Shown in pieces: positions 49,160 to 59,500 of a stretch of 64,000 bases of DNA (positions are counted from its first letter, which is position 1; each line of letters starts with the position of its first letter). Below the pieces are notes generated by a model, which saw only the letters and a program-made list of their open reading frames with translations, made no database searches and was not told the origin of the DNA. Source of the DNA: Clostridia bacterium. GTDB lineage: Bacteria > Bacillota > Clostridia > Oscillospirales > CAG-272. The stretch is from NCBI GenBank assembly GCA_017625755.1, contig JAGAKG010000057.1:1734-65733 (forward strand), written 5' to 3'. The position numbers and the translations under genes were made by a program.

Positions 49160-49187
49160 ATGTATATAATATTTATTCGCCTATTTA

Positions 49188-50072
49188 TCATTCCGCAAAC
49201 AAATCGGATTGATCATATATTTCCTCGGCTATTGCGCATATTTGAGCGGCTTCCTCGTCGGAGCAAGTAGAAAGGCGTTGACGGCGTGGCAATCCCCAGA
49301 CCTTAAAAAATTTAGGACCTATCCACTCGTTTTTGCCGCACTCCGTGACAAGACCGTAAAGAATACTCAGGCAAGCCCGCGCGGGTCTCATAAATATCAC
49401 CTTCATCGGGTGCTTTATGATTGCGAATATCAGCCTTGGATAATGCGCGGTGATGTTGGTAAAGGTAATCCCCGGGTGTGCGACGACGACCGTCTTTCCG
49501 TATTCGTCAAGCCCGAAAAGCGAGAACATAAGGTACCGCTTGGCGTTACCGTAAGCCTTACTCGACTTTGTTACCAACGAAAAATCTATATCCGAAAAAT
49601 TCGCCGAAGAATAGGTATGCGCAATGCTTCCCACGGCGACTATTCTGCCTCCGCGCTCCTGAATTTTCGGGAGCAGAGTCCGCGCAAGGTAATAGGGAGA
49701 CACGAAATTTATCTGAAAGACATTGTCAAACCCCGTCGAGCATTTGTGGCGCGGGATATGATAGGCACCCGCATTGAGGATAAGGGCGTCAGGCGGGTCT
49801 TGCAGAAGACTTTCGGCAACCGACCTTACCGAGTCGATATCCTCGAGATCCAAGGTAATGTTTTTAACTCCGAGGGCGGGAAAATCCTTTTGCAGGGTCT
49901 TTTTCAGGGCGAGAGATTTCTCCGGATTTCTGTCAAGCAGAACCAAAGACGCCCCAAGAGCTGCAAGATGACGGCATAGCTCCTTGCCGATCCCACCCGT
50001 AGCGCCGCTTATCGCCACGGTCTTTCCCTCGAGAGACGGTATGTTTTTTTCTATCCATTTTGAAGTTTTCAT
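49188..50072 (-). CDS. Short-chain dehydrogenase/reductase
   Basis: SGATGGIG, LNAG, YGNAK (YxxxK) and HPG. Confidence 0.92.
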   Translation of the reverse strand: MKTSKWIEKNIPSLEGKTVAISGATGGIGKELCRHLAALGASLVLLDRNPEKSLALKKTLQKDFPALGVKNITLDLEDIDSVRSVAESLLQDPPDALILNAGAYHIPRHKCSTGFDNVFQINFVSPYYLARTLLPKIQERGGRIVAVGSIAHTYSSANFSDIDFSLVTKSSKAYGNAKRYLMFSLFGLDEYGKTVVVAHPGITFTNITAHYPRLIFAIIKHPMKVIFMRPARACLSILYGLVTECGKNEWIGPKFFKVWGLPRRQRLSTCSDEEAAQICAIAEEIYDQSDLFAE

Positions 50073-50084
50073 AGCCTTATTATA

Positions 50085-50489
50085 TCACCCGCGCTTCGCG
50101 GTGTCAATCGGCTTTTTCTCCACATTCATTCTTTGCGCAATCCCATAATTTTTTCCGGTCTTTATCGAGAGCTTGTTCTGTACCAGAGTTAAAGCACAAA
50201 CTAATGGAATTATTATTATCAATATTAGAGTATTCCCTTCGAACACAGAAACTAAAGCAATAGACATTAACAGGAAACCAATCATTGTAATAATATAACA
50301 TGTAACACATACCAACAGATGTTTCGAAGCATTTTTGCGTGAGCTGTTACAGTAGTAAGACTCAATGGCAAAGTTTAAATTTTTTGTGTGCTTGCGCTTT
50401 GCGGAGACATCCGACAATTGTTCGTCCTCGGAGAACCCTTTGCTTATGAAATCATTCGCAGAATAATTGTTTTTCTTTATAAAAGACAA
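50085..50489 (-). CDS. Hypothetical membrane protein (start uncertain)
   Basis: Two hydrophobic segments; AT-rich; no clear RBS. Confidence 0.45.
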   Translation of the reverse strand: MSFIKKNNYSANDFISKGFSEDEQLSDVSAKRKHTKNLNFAIESYYCNSSRKNASKHLLVCVTCYIITMIGFLLMSIALVSVFEGNTLILIIIIPLVCALTLVQNKLSIKTGKNYGIAQRMNVEKKPIDTAKRG

Positions 50490-50568
50490 AAGTTTTTTGA
50501 TTTTACGGAGTAAGCGCGGATTATTTTATAGGAATTGAAAATTGATTTTTCGCAATAACTTTTGTCTT

Positions 50569-50597
50569 GCATATTTTTTCCGTATCTGCAAATACTA
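50569..50597 (+). promoter_or_regulatory. Sporulation (sigma-G/F-like) promoter
   Basis: GCATA-N17-AATACTA upstream of the two small spore genes. Confidence 0.5.
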
Positions 50598-50629
50598 TGA
50601 TTACAGTATTTGAAAGAGAGGTTTAGAAA

Positions 50630-50815
50630 ATGGCTCAGATCACTTCAAAGGAGCTTGGCGGAATTTCCGACCTGCTCTCTATGGAACAGACTATTATCGC
50701 AAAGTACAAGCAGTTTGCCACCGATACTCAGGACTCGGCAATCTCGGCAAAATACGAGCAGCTCGCCTGCCGTCATCAGCGGCACTACGACGAGCTGCTT
50801 TCAAATTTAAAGTGA
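50630..50815 (+). CDS. Small spore-coat-associated protein
   Basis: ITSKEL..ISDLLSMEQ..IAKY...HQRHYDELLSNLK pattern; RBS GAGG. Confidence 0.7.
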   Translation: MAQITSKELGGISDLLSMEQTIIAKYKQFATDTQDSAISAKYEQLACRHQRHYDELLSNLK

Positions 50816-50821
50816 GGGAGA

Positions 50822-51085
50822 ATGTTGATGACACAGAGCGGATTTGATGATAAGATGATGATGACCGACCTGCTTAACGCAGAAAAACAGTTAACGGGGG
50901 TCTATAATACCTTTCTCTGCGAGAGCGCAACTACCGAGGTTATGAATTGCCTCGCGGGTATCCTTAACGATGAACACGCGATTAAAAATGAGATCTTTCA
51001 GGAAATGTCCTCAAAGGGCTGGTATAAGACAGAGAAAGCCGAGGACGCAAAGCTCAACCAAACAAAACAACAGTTCGCGCAGTAG
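50822..51085 (+). CDS. Coat F domain spore protein
   Basis: DK.MMTDLL..EKQL...Y..FLCESAT...EIFQEMSSKGWY. Confidence 0.8.
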   Translation: MLMTQSGFDDKMMMTDLLNAEKQLTGVYNTFLCESATTEVMNCLAGILNDEHAIKNEIFQEMSSKGWYKTEKAEDAKLNQTKQQFAQ

Positions 51086-51100
51086 CACGGAATATGAAAA

Positions 51101-51143
51101 ATATGCGAGGGACACCTTTCCTTAAAAGGTGTCCCTCGCATAT
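51101..51143. terminator. Bidirectional terminator
   Basis: ATATGCGAGGGACACCTTT-cctta-AAAGGTGTCCCTCGCATAT, 19-bp stem between convergent genes. Confidence 0.85.
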
Positions 51144-51154
51144 CTTACTTTGTC

Positions 51155-51613
51155 TTATTCTTCCTCGACTCCGTCGAGAACCTTAAGGTCGTCCTCGGAG
51201 ACGATACATTCAAATTTTTCTCCGCAGGCGGGGCAGATGAGATCCTCGGGATCTATGCTTTCATCAAAGCAAACCGTCTCTCCGCAGGAGGGACACTCGA
51301 TCTCGAAATACTCGTCATCCTCGCAGTCACAGTCACAGAGGTCGCAATCTCCGTCGCAGTCGAAATCTTCCTCGTCATCGCAACCGCAATCGCAGTCTAC
51401 GAGGCACTCCTCGACCTCACCGAGGTCCTCGTCTATCTCCTCGATATAATCGTTGAGATATTCGATATCCTCCTCCATATCGGAAACCGTCTGCGCCATA
51501 TCGCTGACAAGGTCGAGCAGAGCGGCAATAACCTTGCCCTCCTTTGACTTGCTGTCTATCTCAAGTCCTTCAGCGAGTCCCTTGATATAAGCTGCTTTTT
51601 CGTTAAGTGTCAT
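51155..51613 (-). CDS. CD1247-like protein with C-terminal zinc ribbon
   Basis: EKAAYIKGLAEGL...IDEDL..VE, CPSC...CPAC; usual neighbour of efp. Confidence 0.8.
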   Translation of the reverse strand: MTLNEKAAYIKGLAEGLEIDSKSKEGKVIAALLDLVSDMAQTVSDMEEDIEYLNDYIEEIDEDLGEVEECLVDCDCGCDDEEDFDCDGDCDLCDCDCEDDEYFEIECPSCGETVCFDESIDPEDLICPACGEKFECIVSEDDLKVLDGVEEE

Positions 51614-51626
51614 AAGGCACCTCCGA

Positions 51627-52184
51627 TTAAACTCTGGAGAGATATTCGCCCGTTCTGGTGTCTATCTTCAGAGTGTCGCCCTCGTTTACGAAAAGCGGAA
51701 CCTTGATAACGGCACCCGTTTCAAGAGTTGCGGGCTTAAGCGTGTTTGTTGCGGTGTTACCTGCAAAGCCGGGGTCGGTTGCGGTTACAACAAGCTCAAC
51801 GAATGTGGGGGGCTCAACATCGAAAACATTTCCCTTATAGGAAACTATCTTGCAGAGCATCTCCTCTTTTACGAACTTAAAGCTATCGGGAAGCTTGTCA
51901 CTGTTGAGGGGGAGCATATCAAATGTCTCCATATCCATAAAGTAATACAGGTCTCCGTCGTTGTAGGAATACTGCATTTCCTTTCTCTCAATGTAAGCGT
52001 TCTCGAACTTGTCGGTAGGACTGAAAGTTCTCTCGATAACAGCGCCTGTGATGACATTCTTTATTTTTGTGCGCACGAACGCAGCTCCCTTTCCGGGCTT
52101 TACATGCTGGAATTCAATAACCTGATATACACTTCCGTCCATATCAAAGGTTATACCGTTTTTGAAATCGCCGGCTACTACCAT
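51627..52184 (-). CDS. efp: Elongation factor P
   Basis: [14 protein letters not shown]...[14 protein letters not shown]...DTRTGEY. Confidence 0.98.
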   Translation of the reverse strand: MVVAGDFKNGITFDMDGSVYQVIEFQHVKPGKGAAFVRTKIKNVITGAVIERTFSPTDKFENAYIERKEMQYSYNDGDLYYFMDMETFDMLPLNSDKLPDSFKFVKEEMLCKIVSYKGNVFDVEPPTFVELVVTATDPGFAGNTATNTLKPATLETGAVIKVPLFVNEGDTLKIDTRTGEYLSRV

Positions 52185-52378
52185 TTTTATTTACCTCCAA
52201 AAGTAATTTTCACTTTGCATATTCTTAATATGCATTAAAATACATTTCATTTTACTACATTTTCGCCACAATTGCAAGTACTTTTTTCAAAAAAACATAT
52301 TTTATTGAAAAAATGGGCAAAAAATCCGCCCCGAGGCAGATAGAGTAAGCGTTATCCGCATTAAAAGCGTCAAAACTC

Positions 52379-52407
52379 TTGACAAAAATTTTATTCTATA
52401 TTATAAT
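52379..52407 (+). promoter_or_regulatory. Consensus sigma-A promoter of the yicC operon
   Basis: TTGACA-N17-TATAAT. Confidence 0.85.
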
Positions 52408-52455
52408 AAACTATATATGTTTACTTTTAGATGTTGAAATAAGAGGAATAACAAA

Positions 52456-53343
52456 ATGATAAGAAGCATGACGGCTTTCGGCAGAGCGAGAGCCACGGTG
52501 GACGGAAAGGATATAACAGTCGAGATAAAGTCGGTCAACAACCGATTTTTCGATTGCTCGGTAAAGCTTCCGAGAGCCTTTTCCTTCCTTGAGGAAAGAA
52601 TAAAGCCATACCTTCAGTCGCACTCGATTGCGAGAGGAAAGGTCGATGTTTTTATTACGATAGATGTGATAGACTCCCCCGAGGTAAATATTTCTGTCGA
52701 CGAGGGATTTGCCGCAAAATATATCGAGGTGCTGCGCTCGCTCGGCGATAAATTCGGTCTGCGTGACGACATCTCTGTTATGACCGTGGCGCAGAACCGC
52801 GACATTTTCATTCAGACCAAGCCCGACGACGATATCGAAAAGGATTGGCTTGCCCTCTCGTCCGTCCTTGACGAGGCTATCGCGAGATTTCTCAGCGCGA
52901 GAGAGCGCGAGGGAGAGAACATAGAGCGCGACCTCGTTGGAAAGATAGAGTCTATCGGAAAATATGTTGACGAGATAGAAGCGCTTTCAAAGGACGATAC
53001 CGAAAGCTATCGCCAGAAGCTCGAGGCTAAGCTCCGCGAGATGCTCTCGGATAGCAGAATAGTCTTTGACGAGAACAGAATCCTCACAGAGTGCGCTATC
53101 TTCGCGGATAAGATAGCTATCGACGAGGAGCTTGTCCGTCTGCGCTCGCATTTTGACGGCTTCCGCTCGATACTTAGCTCCGACGAGCCTGTCGGACGCC
53201 GACTTGACTTCCTCGTTCAGGAGCTTAACAGAGAGATAAACACGATAGGCTCCAAGTCTGCAAACTCGGAGATAACGCGCCGAGTCGTAGATGTCAAATG
53301 CGAGATAGAAAAGATACGCGAGCAGATACAGAATATAGAGTAA
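52456..53343 (+). CDS. yicC: YicC/YloC family endoribonuclease
   Basis: MIRSMTAFG...GRRLDFLVQELNREINTIGSK...EKIREQIQNIE. Confidence 0.95.
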   Translation: MIRSMTAFGRARATVDGKDITVEIKSVNNRFFDCSVKLPRAFSFLEERIKPYLQSHSIARGKVDVFITIDVIDSPEVNISVDEGFAAKYIEVLRSLGDKFGLRDDISVMTVAQNRDIFIQTKPDDDIEKDWLALSSVLDEAIARFLSAREREGENIERDLVGKIESIGKYVDEIEALSKDDTESYRQKLEAKLREMLSDSRIVFDENRILTECAIFADKIAIDEELVRLRSHFDGFRSILSSDEPVGRRLDFLVQELNREINTIGSKSANSEITRRVVDVKCEIEKIREQIQNIE

Positions 53344-53358
53344 ACCGAGGAAACAGCT

Positions 53359-53619
53359 ATGAAATTCATAAACATCGGATTTGGAAATATGGTGGCGTCC
53401 GACAGAGTAATCACGATAGTCAGCCCCGATTCAGCCCCCATCAAGCGCCTTATTCAGGACGCGAAGGACGCGGGCAGAGTCATAGATGTATCCTGCGGCA
53501 GACGCACCCGCGCCGTTATAATAACCGACAGCGAGCATGTTATTCTCTCGGCAATTCAGGCTGAAACGATAGCCAACAGACTCGACAGCGAGATAGACGG
53601 AGAGGATATCGAGGAATAA
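53359..53619 (+). CDS. remA: DUF370 / RemA family regulator
   Basis: INIGFGN...SPDSAPIKR...GRRTRAVI...ILSAIQ. Confidence 0.93.
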   Translation: MKFINIGFGNMVASDRVITIVSPDSAPIKRLIQDAKDAGRVIDVSCGRRTRAVIITDSEHVILSAIQAETIANRLDSEIDGEDIEE

Positions 53620-53649
53620 CCGACATACAAAACAGGACAGGTAAACACT

Positions 53650-54258
53650 ATGAAAAAAGGACTAATGCTTATTATTTCGGGCCCCGCGGGAAGCGGAAAG
53701 GGCACGGTAAACAAACATTTGCTCGCGACGGGAGATTTCGTATACTCGGTATCAGCGACCACGAGAGCCCCCCGCCCAGAGGACACCAACGGAGTGACAT
53801 ATCATTTTATATCAAGAGAGGATTTTCTCTCACGCATAGAGTCGGGCGGTATGCTTGAATACACCGAATACTGCGGAAATTTCTACGGTACGCCGAGAAA
53901 GGAAGCGGAGGAGGTGCTTGCGAGCGGAAAGAACCTCATTCTTGAGATAGAGGTCGACGGCGCTCAGCAGGTAAAGAAAAAATACCCCGAAGCAATACTT
54001 ATTATGCTTCTCCCGCCCTCGTTCAAGGTTCAGGAGCGCAGACTCAGAGACCGCGGAACAGAAACAGAGGAGAAAATACTCGAACGCCTCGCCCGTACCC
54101 GAGAGGAGCTGAAAACAGTCGACGCATACGATTATGTGGTATATAACTACGACGGGCGCGACAAGGAAGCGGCGCAGCAGATACTCGCCATCGTTTCCGC
54201 GAAAAATTCCTCAATCGAGAGAAACCCCTCGGTTATGGAAAAATATTTTGCCGACTGA
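53650..54258 (+). CDS. gmk: Guanylate kinase
   Basis: SGPAGSGKGT, SATTRAPR and FYGTP. Confidence 0.97.
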   Translation: MKKGLMLIISGPAGSGKGTVNKHLLATGDFVYSVSATTRAPRPEDTNGVTYHFISREDFLSRIESGGMLEYTEYCGNFYGTPRKEAEEVLASGKNLILEIEVDGAQQVKKKYPEAILIMLLPPSFKVQERRLRDRGTETEEKILERLARTREELKTVDAYDYVVYNYDGRDKEAAQQILAIVSAKNSSIERNPSVMEKYFAD

Positions 54259-54341
54259 GCTGCCGACTATAAGTCGTGGGCTTTGCCGATAATAGATGTG
54301 TAAACAATTTAACTTTATTATATTTTTTAAGGAGAAACCAA

Positions 54342-54665
54342 ATGATCTACCCTACCATTTCAGAACTCACTAAGGACGAATTCAACCGCTATGAGCTTGC
54401 TCTCGCAACCGCAAAGTGCGCTCGTATGATAACAGACGAGTATGTAAGACAGAGAGAGGCGGCTGAGAAGGCATCGACAGGAAACAAGGAAGCCGACAGA
54501 AATCTTATGAACGCTATCAACAGAGAATACCGCGACGAAAAGGCGGTCAAGAACGCTATCAACCGTATCCACAAGGGCGAGTATACACTCGTGAGACGAG
54601 AGGACGAGGATATGGCGCAGACAAAGGAGATAGCTGATACGACAGAGCCTGTTGACGCCGAATAA
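54342..54665 (+). CDS. rpoZ: RNA polymerase omega subunit
   Basis: MIYPTISEL...NRYELALATAKCAR...KAVKNAI; canonical position after gmk; ATG at 54342. Confidence 0.8.
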   Translation: MIYPTISELTKDEFNRYELALATAKCARMITDEYVRQREAAEKASTGNKEADRNLMNAINREYRDEKAVKNAINRIHKGEYTLVRREDEDMAQTKEIADTTEPVDAE

Positions 54666-54707
54666 GCCCAACAGACAGTAAAAACGAAAAATCAGAGGAG
54701 GTCGGCT

Positions 54708-57194
54708 ATGCTCTTTGAATACGCCGGAGTACACCTGCTTGACAATCCGTTTTTCCTCGATAATAATTACGATTATTACATTCCGTCAGAGCTTCGCGGA
54801 GCTATTCGCCGTGGAGCCTTCGTGACAGTTCCCTTCGGCAACGCCAACAGAAAGAGTCTCGCGGTGGTGACCGAGCTGCGTGAAAAGCCGCTTATATCGG
54901 GAATCGACTGCAAGCCTATCTTTTCGCTTTGCGGCGATAACATCTCGCTTTCCGAGGAGCTGCTGGGACTTGCCTTCTTTATGAAGGAGCAAACGCTCTG
55001 CACCCTCGGAGAGGCGGTTCGCGCTATGGTTCCCGCTTCTGTCATCTCGCGCCTTGCCGAGGTCTATACTATCGCGCCCGAATTTGACGACAATACAAAA
55101 GAGCTTGACGCACCGACGCTTCTTGTTTGCGAATATATTCGTAAAAGAGGAAGCGTCCGATTTGATTTACTGAAAAACAAATTCGGCCCCGAGGCAGAAG
55201 CCTCTCTGCGAAAATTGCGCGAGGCGGGAATAGTTTTGCGCAGCTTCGAGCTGAAGGATAACGAGGAAAAAAACGAGAATTGCTACTCTCTCAACATACC
55301 AAAAGAGGACGCCGAGGCTATATGCGACGGCACCGATAAAAAATACCGTCTGCGCTCCCCTATGCACATAGAGCTTGTCAGAATACTCTCTCTTTGCGAG
55401 CAGATAATAAGCGAGGGAGAGCTGATATCACGGAGCGGCGCGTCGCGCGCGCAGATAAAGGCGCTCGTTGACAAGGGTATCGCAAGAAAGATACTCAGAC
55501 AAGTAGACCGCGCGACGATAGAGGCATATATCGGAGAGCCTAAAGAAATAGAGCTTAACGACGAGCAAAGCTCGGCGCTCGACGAGCTTAACGCCCTTAT
55601 TGACACGGGTGAGGCACGCGCCGCCCTGCTTCACGGAATCACGGGAAGCGGAAAGACCTGTGTTATGATGAAGCTCATAGACAGAGTTCTCTCTGACGGC
55701 AAGGGCGTTATAGTCCTTTTGCCGGAGATATCGCTCACCCCGCAAACGCTGGGACTTTTCTGCTCGCGTTATGGCAAGCGCGTGGCGGTAATCCACTCGG
55801 CGCTCTCGGCAGGCGAGAGATTTGACACCTACAACAAGATAAAAAGCGGCGCGGCTGATGTCGTTATCGGCACCCGCTCAGCCGTTTTTGCCCCGCTCCC
55901 AAGCCTCGGTCTTATAATAATCGACGAGGAGCAGGAGCATACATACAAATCGGATATGAATCCGAAATACCACGCCCGCGACATCGCGAGATACCGCTGC
56001 GCCCACAACAAGGCGCTTATGCTCCTCGCGTCGGCAACCCCCTCTCTTGAGAGTTACAGAAAGGCGGAGGAAGGCAAGTATTCGCTCATAAAGCTCACGA
56101 AGCGCTTCGGAGAAGCAAAGCTTCCCCGTGTTACGATATACGATATGCGCCCCGAGTCGCAGGCGGGAAATCTCTCCCCGCTCGGTTCTCTGCTCTGCCG
56201 CAGACTCATTGAAAACAAAAAGAGCGGCGGACAGTCTATTCTCTTTCTGAACAGACGCGGATATAACAACTTCCTGAGCTGCCGCGCCTGCGGAGAGGCG
56301 ATAAAATGTCCCGTGTGCAGCGTTTCGATGACATATCACACTATTGGAAACTCGTATGAACGAGGAGAGCTGAGATGCCATTGGTGCGGCAGAAGGATTA
56401 CTCTGCCCGAGGAATGTCCGTCCTGCCACAGCCCACACCTTGTCCGTATGGGATACGGCACACAGCGCATAGAGCAGGAGCTTTCCTCTCTGCTCCCCGA
56501 CGCCTCGATACTGCGAATGGACACCGACACCGCGTCGACCAAGCACGCATACGAGGATATGCTCGGAAACTTCAAGCGCCACGAATCGGATGTTCTGCTC
56601 GGAACGCAGATGGTAACAAAGGGACACGACTTCCCCGATGTAACGCTTGTTGGCGTTCTTCTCGCCGATTCCTCGCTCTATCTCGACGATTACAGAGCGA
56701 ATGAGCGCACATTTGCGATGATAACGCAGGTCGTCGGCAGAGCGGGACGCGCGAGTAAGTCGGGTGAGGCGATAATCCAGACGAATAACCCCGACCACGA
56801 ATGTATAAAGCTCGCCTGCGCTCAGGACTACGAGGCGTTTTACAAAAGCGAGATAAGGCTTCGCCGCCTGCTCGTATTTCCGCCCTTCTGCGATATAGCG
56901 ATGCTCACTCTCACCTCGGCTGACGAGCGGGAGCTGCTCCGCGCGTCGGGCGTGCTCGCGGGCATGATAAAGGAGCTGTCGGAAAAGGAATACAGCGACA
57001 CGCCGATGATATTCTTCGGACCCTTTGAGGCTCCCGTATACAAGGTCGAAAATAAGTACCGTATGCGAATAATCGCAAAGTGCAAGCTGAATAAGCGTTC
57101 CCGCGCATTCTTTGCGGATATACTCACGAGATTTTCGCGCTCGGGAACTAAAAAGCTCTCGCTTTCGATAGACTTTAACCCGTCAAATTTATAA
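54708..57194 (+). CDS. priA: Primosomal protein N' (helicase PriA)
   Basis: GITGSGKT, DEEQ, SATP, Cys-rich region and QVVGRAGR. Confidence 0.97.
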   Translation: MLFEYAGVHLLDNPFFLDNNYDYYIPSELRGAIRRGAFVTVPFGNANRKSLAVVTELREKPLISGIDCKPIFSLCGDNISLSEELLGLAFFMKEQTLCTLGEAVRAMVPASVISRLAEVYTIAPEFDDNTKELDAPTLLVCEYIRKRGSVRFDLLKNKFGPEAEASLRKLREAGIVLRSFELKDNEEKNENCYSLNIPKEDAEAICDGTDKKYRLRSPMHIELVRILSLCEQIISEGELISRSGASRAQIKALVDKGIARKILRQVDRATIEAYIGEPKEIELNDEQSSALDELNALIDTGEARAALLHGITGSGKTCVMMKLIDRVLSDGKGVIVLLPEISLTPQTLGLFCSRYGKRVAVIHSALSAGERFDTYNKIKSGAADVVIGTRSAVFAPLPSLGLIIIDEEQEHTYKSDMNPKYHARDIARYRCAHNKALMLLASATPSLESYRKAEEGKYSLIKLTKRFGEAKLPRVTIYDMRPESQAGNLSPLGSLLCRRLIENKKSGGQSILFLNRRGYNNFLSCRACGEAIKCPVCSVSMTYHTIGNSYERGELRCHWCGRRITLPEECPSCHSPHLVRMGYGTQRIEQELSSLLPDASILRMDTDTASTKHAYEDMLGNFKRHESDVLLGTQMVTKGHDFPDVTLVGVLLADSSLYLDDYRANERTFAMITQVVGRAGRASKSGEAIIQTNNPDHECIKLACAQDYEAFYKSEIRLRRLLVFPPFCDIAMLTLTSADERELLRASGVLAGMIKELSEKEYSDTPMIFFGPFEAPVYKVENKYRMRIIAKCKLNKRSRAFFADILTRFSRSGTKKLSLSIDFNPSNL

Positions 57195-57218
57195 AAATTT
57201 TAATAAAGGATTTGTATT

Positions 57219-57677
57219 ATGGCAAAATTAAAAATTGTAAAGGTCGGCGACGAAACACTCAGAAAGGTCTGCCGCCCCGTGGATAAAATCACCCCCAGAA
57301 TTCTCACGCTTCTCGACGATATGCTGGAGACTATGCACGCCGCGGACGGCTGCGGTCTTGCCGCGCCTCAGGTCGGAATACTTCGCCGTATCGCCGTGGT
57401 TCAGGTCGAGGAGAACGGAGAGGTGTATGAGCTTATCAACCCAAAGATAATCGCGTATTCGGGAACTCAGGAGGATATAGAGGGCTGTCTCTCTGTACCG
57501 GGTAAGCACGGTACGGTCGTGCGCCCGATGCATGTTACGGTGAGAGCGCTCAACAGACACGGTGAGACCGTCGATATCAACGCCTCGGGGCTTCTTGCGC
57601 GCGCATTCTGTCACGAGATAGACCACCTCGACGGAAAGCTCTATATCGACATCGCCACGAATATCGAACGCAACTGA
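57219..57677 (+). CDS. def: Peptide deformylase
   Basis: GCGLAAPQ, EGCLS and HEIDH. Confidence 0.98.
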   Translation: MAKLKIVKVGDETLRKVCRPVDKITPRILTLLDDMLETMHAADGCGLAAPQVGILRRIAVVQVEENGEVYELINPKIIAYSGTQEDIEGCLSVPGKHGTVVRPMHVTVRALNRHGETVDINASGLLARAFCHEIDHLDGKLYIDIATNIERN

Positions 57678-57695
57678 CACTCGCGAGGTAAAGCT

Positions 57696-58631
57696 ATGAA
57701 GATTCTTTTTATGGGAACCCCCGATTTTGCGGTATTCTCGCTCGACGCGCTCTGCGCCGCGGGATATGATATCGTGGGCGTTATAACCCAACCCGATAAG
57801 CCAAAGGGCAGAGGATACGCTCTCACTCCCCCGCCCGTAAAGGTATACGCCGAGGAAAAAGGTATTCCCGTATGGCAGCCACAGAGTCTCAGAGACGAAG
57901 CCTTTTCGGCGCTTCTCGGAGAGCTTTCTCCCGAGCTGATAGTCGTTGTGGCGTACGGAAAAATCCTGCCCGAGAGCGTTATCAGATATCCGAAATACGG
58001 CTGTGTGAATGTCCACGGCTCTCTGCTCCCGGAATACAGAGGAGCTGCTCCTATGCAAAGAGCGATAATCGACGGAAAGCAGACGACGGGCATCACGACT
58101 ATGTATATGGATGTCGGACTCGACACGGGCAATATGATACTCAAGGACGAGGTCGCTATCGAGGAGAACGACAATTTCGAGGATATACACGACAGGCTCG
58201 GCAAATGCGGAGCAGACCTGCTTGTGAAAACGATAGAGCAGATAGCCGATGGCACGGCTCCCTCTATCCCGCAGGACGACTCGCTCTCGACCTACGCCGC
58301 AAAGATAGAAAAGAGCGACTGCCTTATAAATTTTGACACCGACGCAAGGTCGGTTCACAACCTCATCAGAGGGCTCTCTCCCATTCCGCTCGCCTTTACC
58401 CACACCCCCGACGGAAGGCTGCTCAAGGTTCTTGAGAGCCGTTGCGAGGCAGATGCGGACTATTCCGCTCCCGCGGGAACGGTAGTCTCGTTTGAGGGCG
58501 GTGATATCACGGTCGCATGCCGCACGGGCGCAGTCAGACTTCTGCGCGTGCTTCCCGAGGGAAAGGGCAGAATGAGCGCCGCCGACTTTATCCGTGGCAG
58601 AAAAATATCTCTCGGAGATATCCTCAAATAA
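57696..58631 (+). CDS. fmt: Methionyl-tRNA formyltransferase
   Basis: FMGTPDFA, NVHGSLLP..RGAAP. Confidence 0.98.
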   Translation: MKILFMGTPDFAVFSLDALCAAGYDIVGVITQPDKPKGRGYALTPPPVKVYAEEKGIPVWQPQSLRDEAFSALLGELSPELIVVVAYGKILPESVIRYPKYGCVNVHGSLLPEYRGAAPMQRAIIDGKQTTGITTMYMDVGLDTGNMILKDEVAIEENDNFEDIHDRLGKCGADLLVKTIEQIADGTAPSIPQDDSLSTYAAKIEKSDCLINFDTDARSVHNLIRGLSPIPLAFTHTPDGRLLKVLESRCEADADYSAPAGTVVSFEGGDITVACRTGAVRLLRVLPEGKGRMSAADFIRGRKISLGDILK

Positions 58632-58655
58632 AAACAGTTCAGAAAGGAGAAGAAA

Positions 58656-59357
58656 ATGCTTTTCGGTTGGTTTTATTACGACTGGACTATTCTTCTTGTG
58701 CTTCCCGCCCTTATTATTTCGGTATGGGCGCAGATAAATGTCAGCACAACATTCAACAAATATTCCAAGATAAGAAATTTTCGGGGAATAACAGGAGCCG
58801 ATGCCGCGCGCAGAGTGCTTAACGAAAACGGACTTCACGAGGTGAAGATAGAGCATATACACGGCAATCTCAACGACCACTACGACCCGAGGGCGAATGT
58901 TATCCGCCTTTCCGACGCGGTATACGCAAATACCAGCGCGGCGGCGGTCGGCGTTGCCTGCCACGAGGCGGGACACGCGGTACAGCACGCAAAGGGATAT
59001 TTCCCGATAAAGATACGCTCGGCGGTTATCCCCGCCACAAGATTCGGCTCGATGCTCGCAATTCCGATATTTATGATAGGACTTATCTTCGCGTCAGACG
59101 CTCTGCTTCTCGCGGGAATACTTCTCTACACGATAGTTGCGTTTTTCCAGCTTGTCACGCTCCCCGTTGAGTTCAACGCGTCCTCAAGGGCGATGAGCGC
59201 TATCAAAAGCTCGGGAATGCTCAATCCGCAGGAATACGCGGGAGCGAGAAAGGTACTCACCGCTGCGGCAATGACCTATGTCGCCGCGCTTGTTTCCTCG
59301 CTTCTCACTCTCCTTCGTCTGCTCGTCCTCGCAGGCGGCAGAGGCAGAAGACGCTGA
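58656..59357 (+). CDS. Membrane zinc metallopeptidase (YugP family)
   Basis: DHYDP, HEAGHAVQH, TLPVEFNAS and AAMTYVA. Confidence 0.92.
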   Translation: MLFGWFYYDWTILLVLPALIISVWAQINVSTTFNKYSKIRNFRGITGADAARRVLNENGLHEVKIEHIHGNLNDHYDPRANVIRLSDAVYANTSAAAVGVACHEAGHAVQHAKGYFPIKIRSAVIPATRFGSMLAIPIFMIGLIFASDALLLAGILLYTIVAFFQLVTLPVEFNASSRAMSAIKSSGMLNPQEYAGARKVLTAAAMTYVAALVSSLLTLLRLLVLAGGRGRRR

Positions 59358-59500
59358 TTTGAAAAGATTTTACGGTAAAGAAAGATTTACTGCAAAAACA
59401 TTCCTATAAGGATATTCTACCCCGCCGACGCCGTCAGGCGTTAGAATCGGGGCGGGTTATAAAACATCAAAAGTTTTAAACACAAAGGAAATCATTATTT

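Noticed and set aside
57228-58988. Long antisense ORFs (586 aa here; also 20259-21545, 33885-34997, 39400-40473, 41616-42764, 55878-56798)
   Set aside because: They lie opposite well-conserved genes, lack an RBS and recognisable motifs, and are the expected shadow of codon bias in the sense genes.
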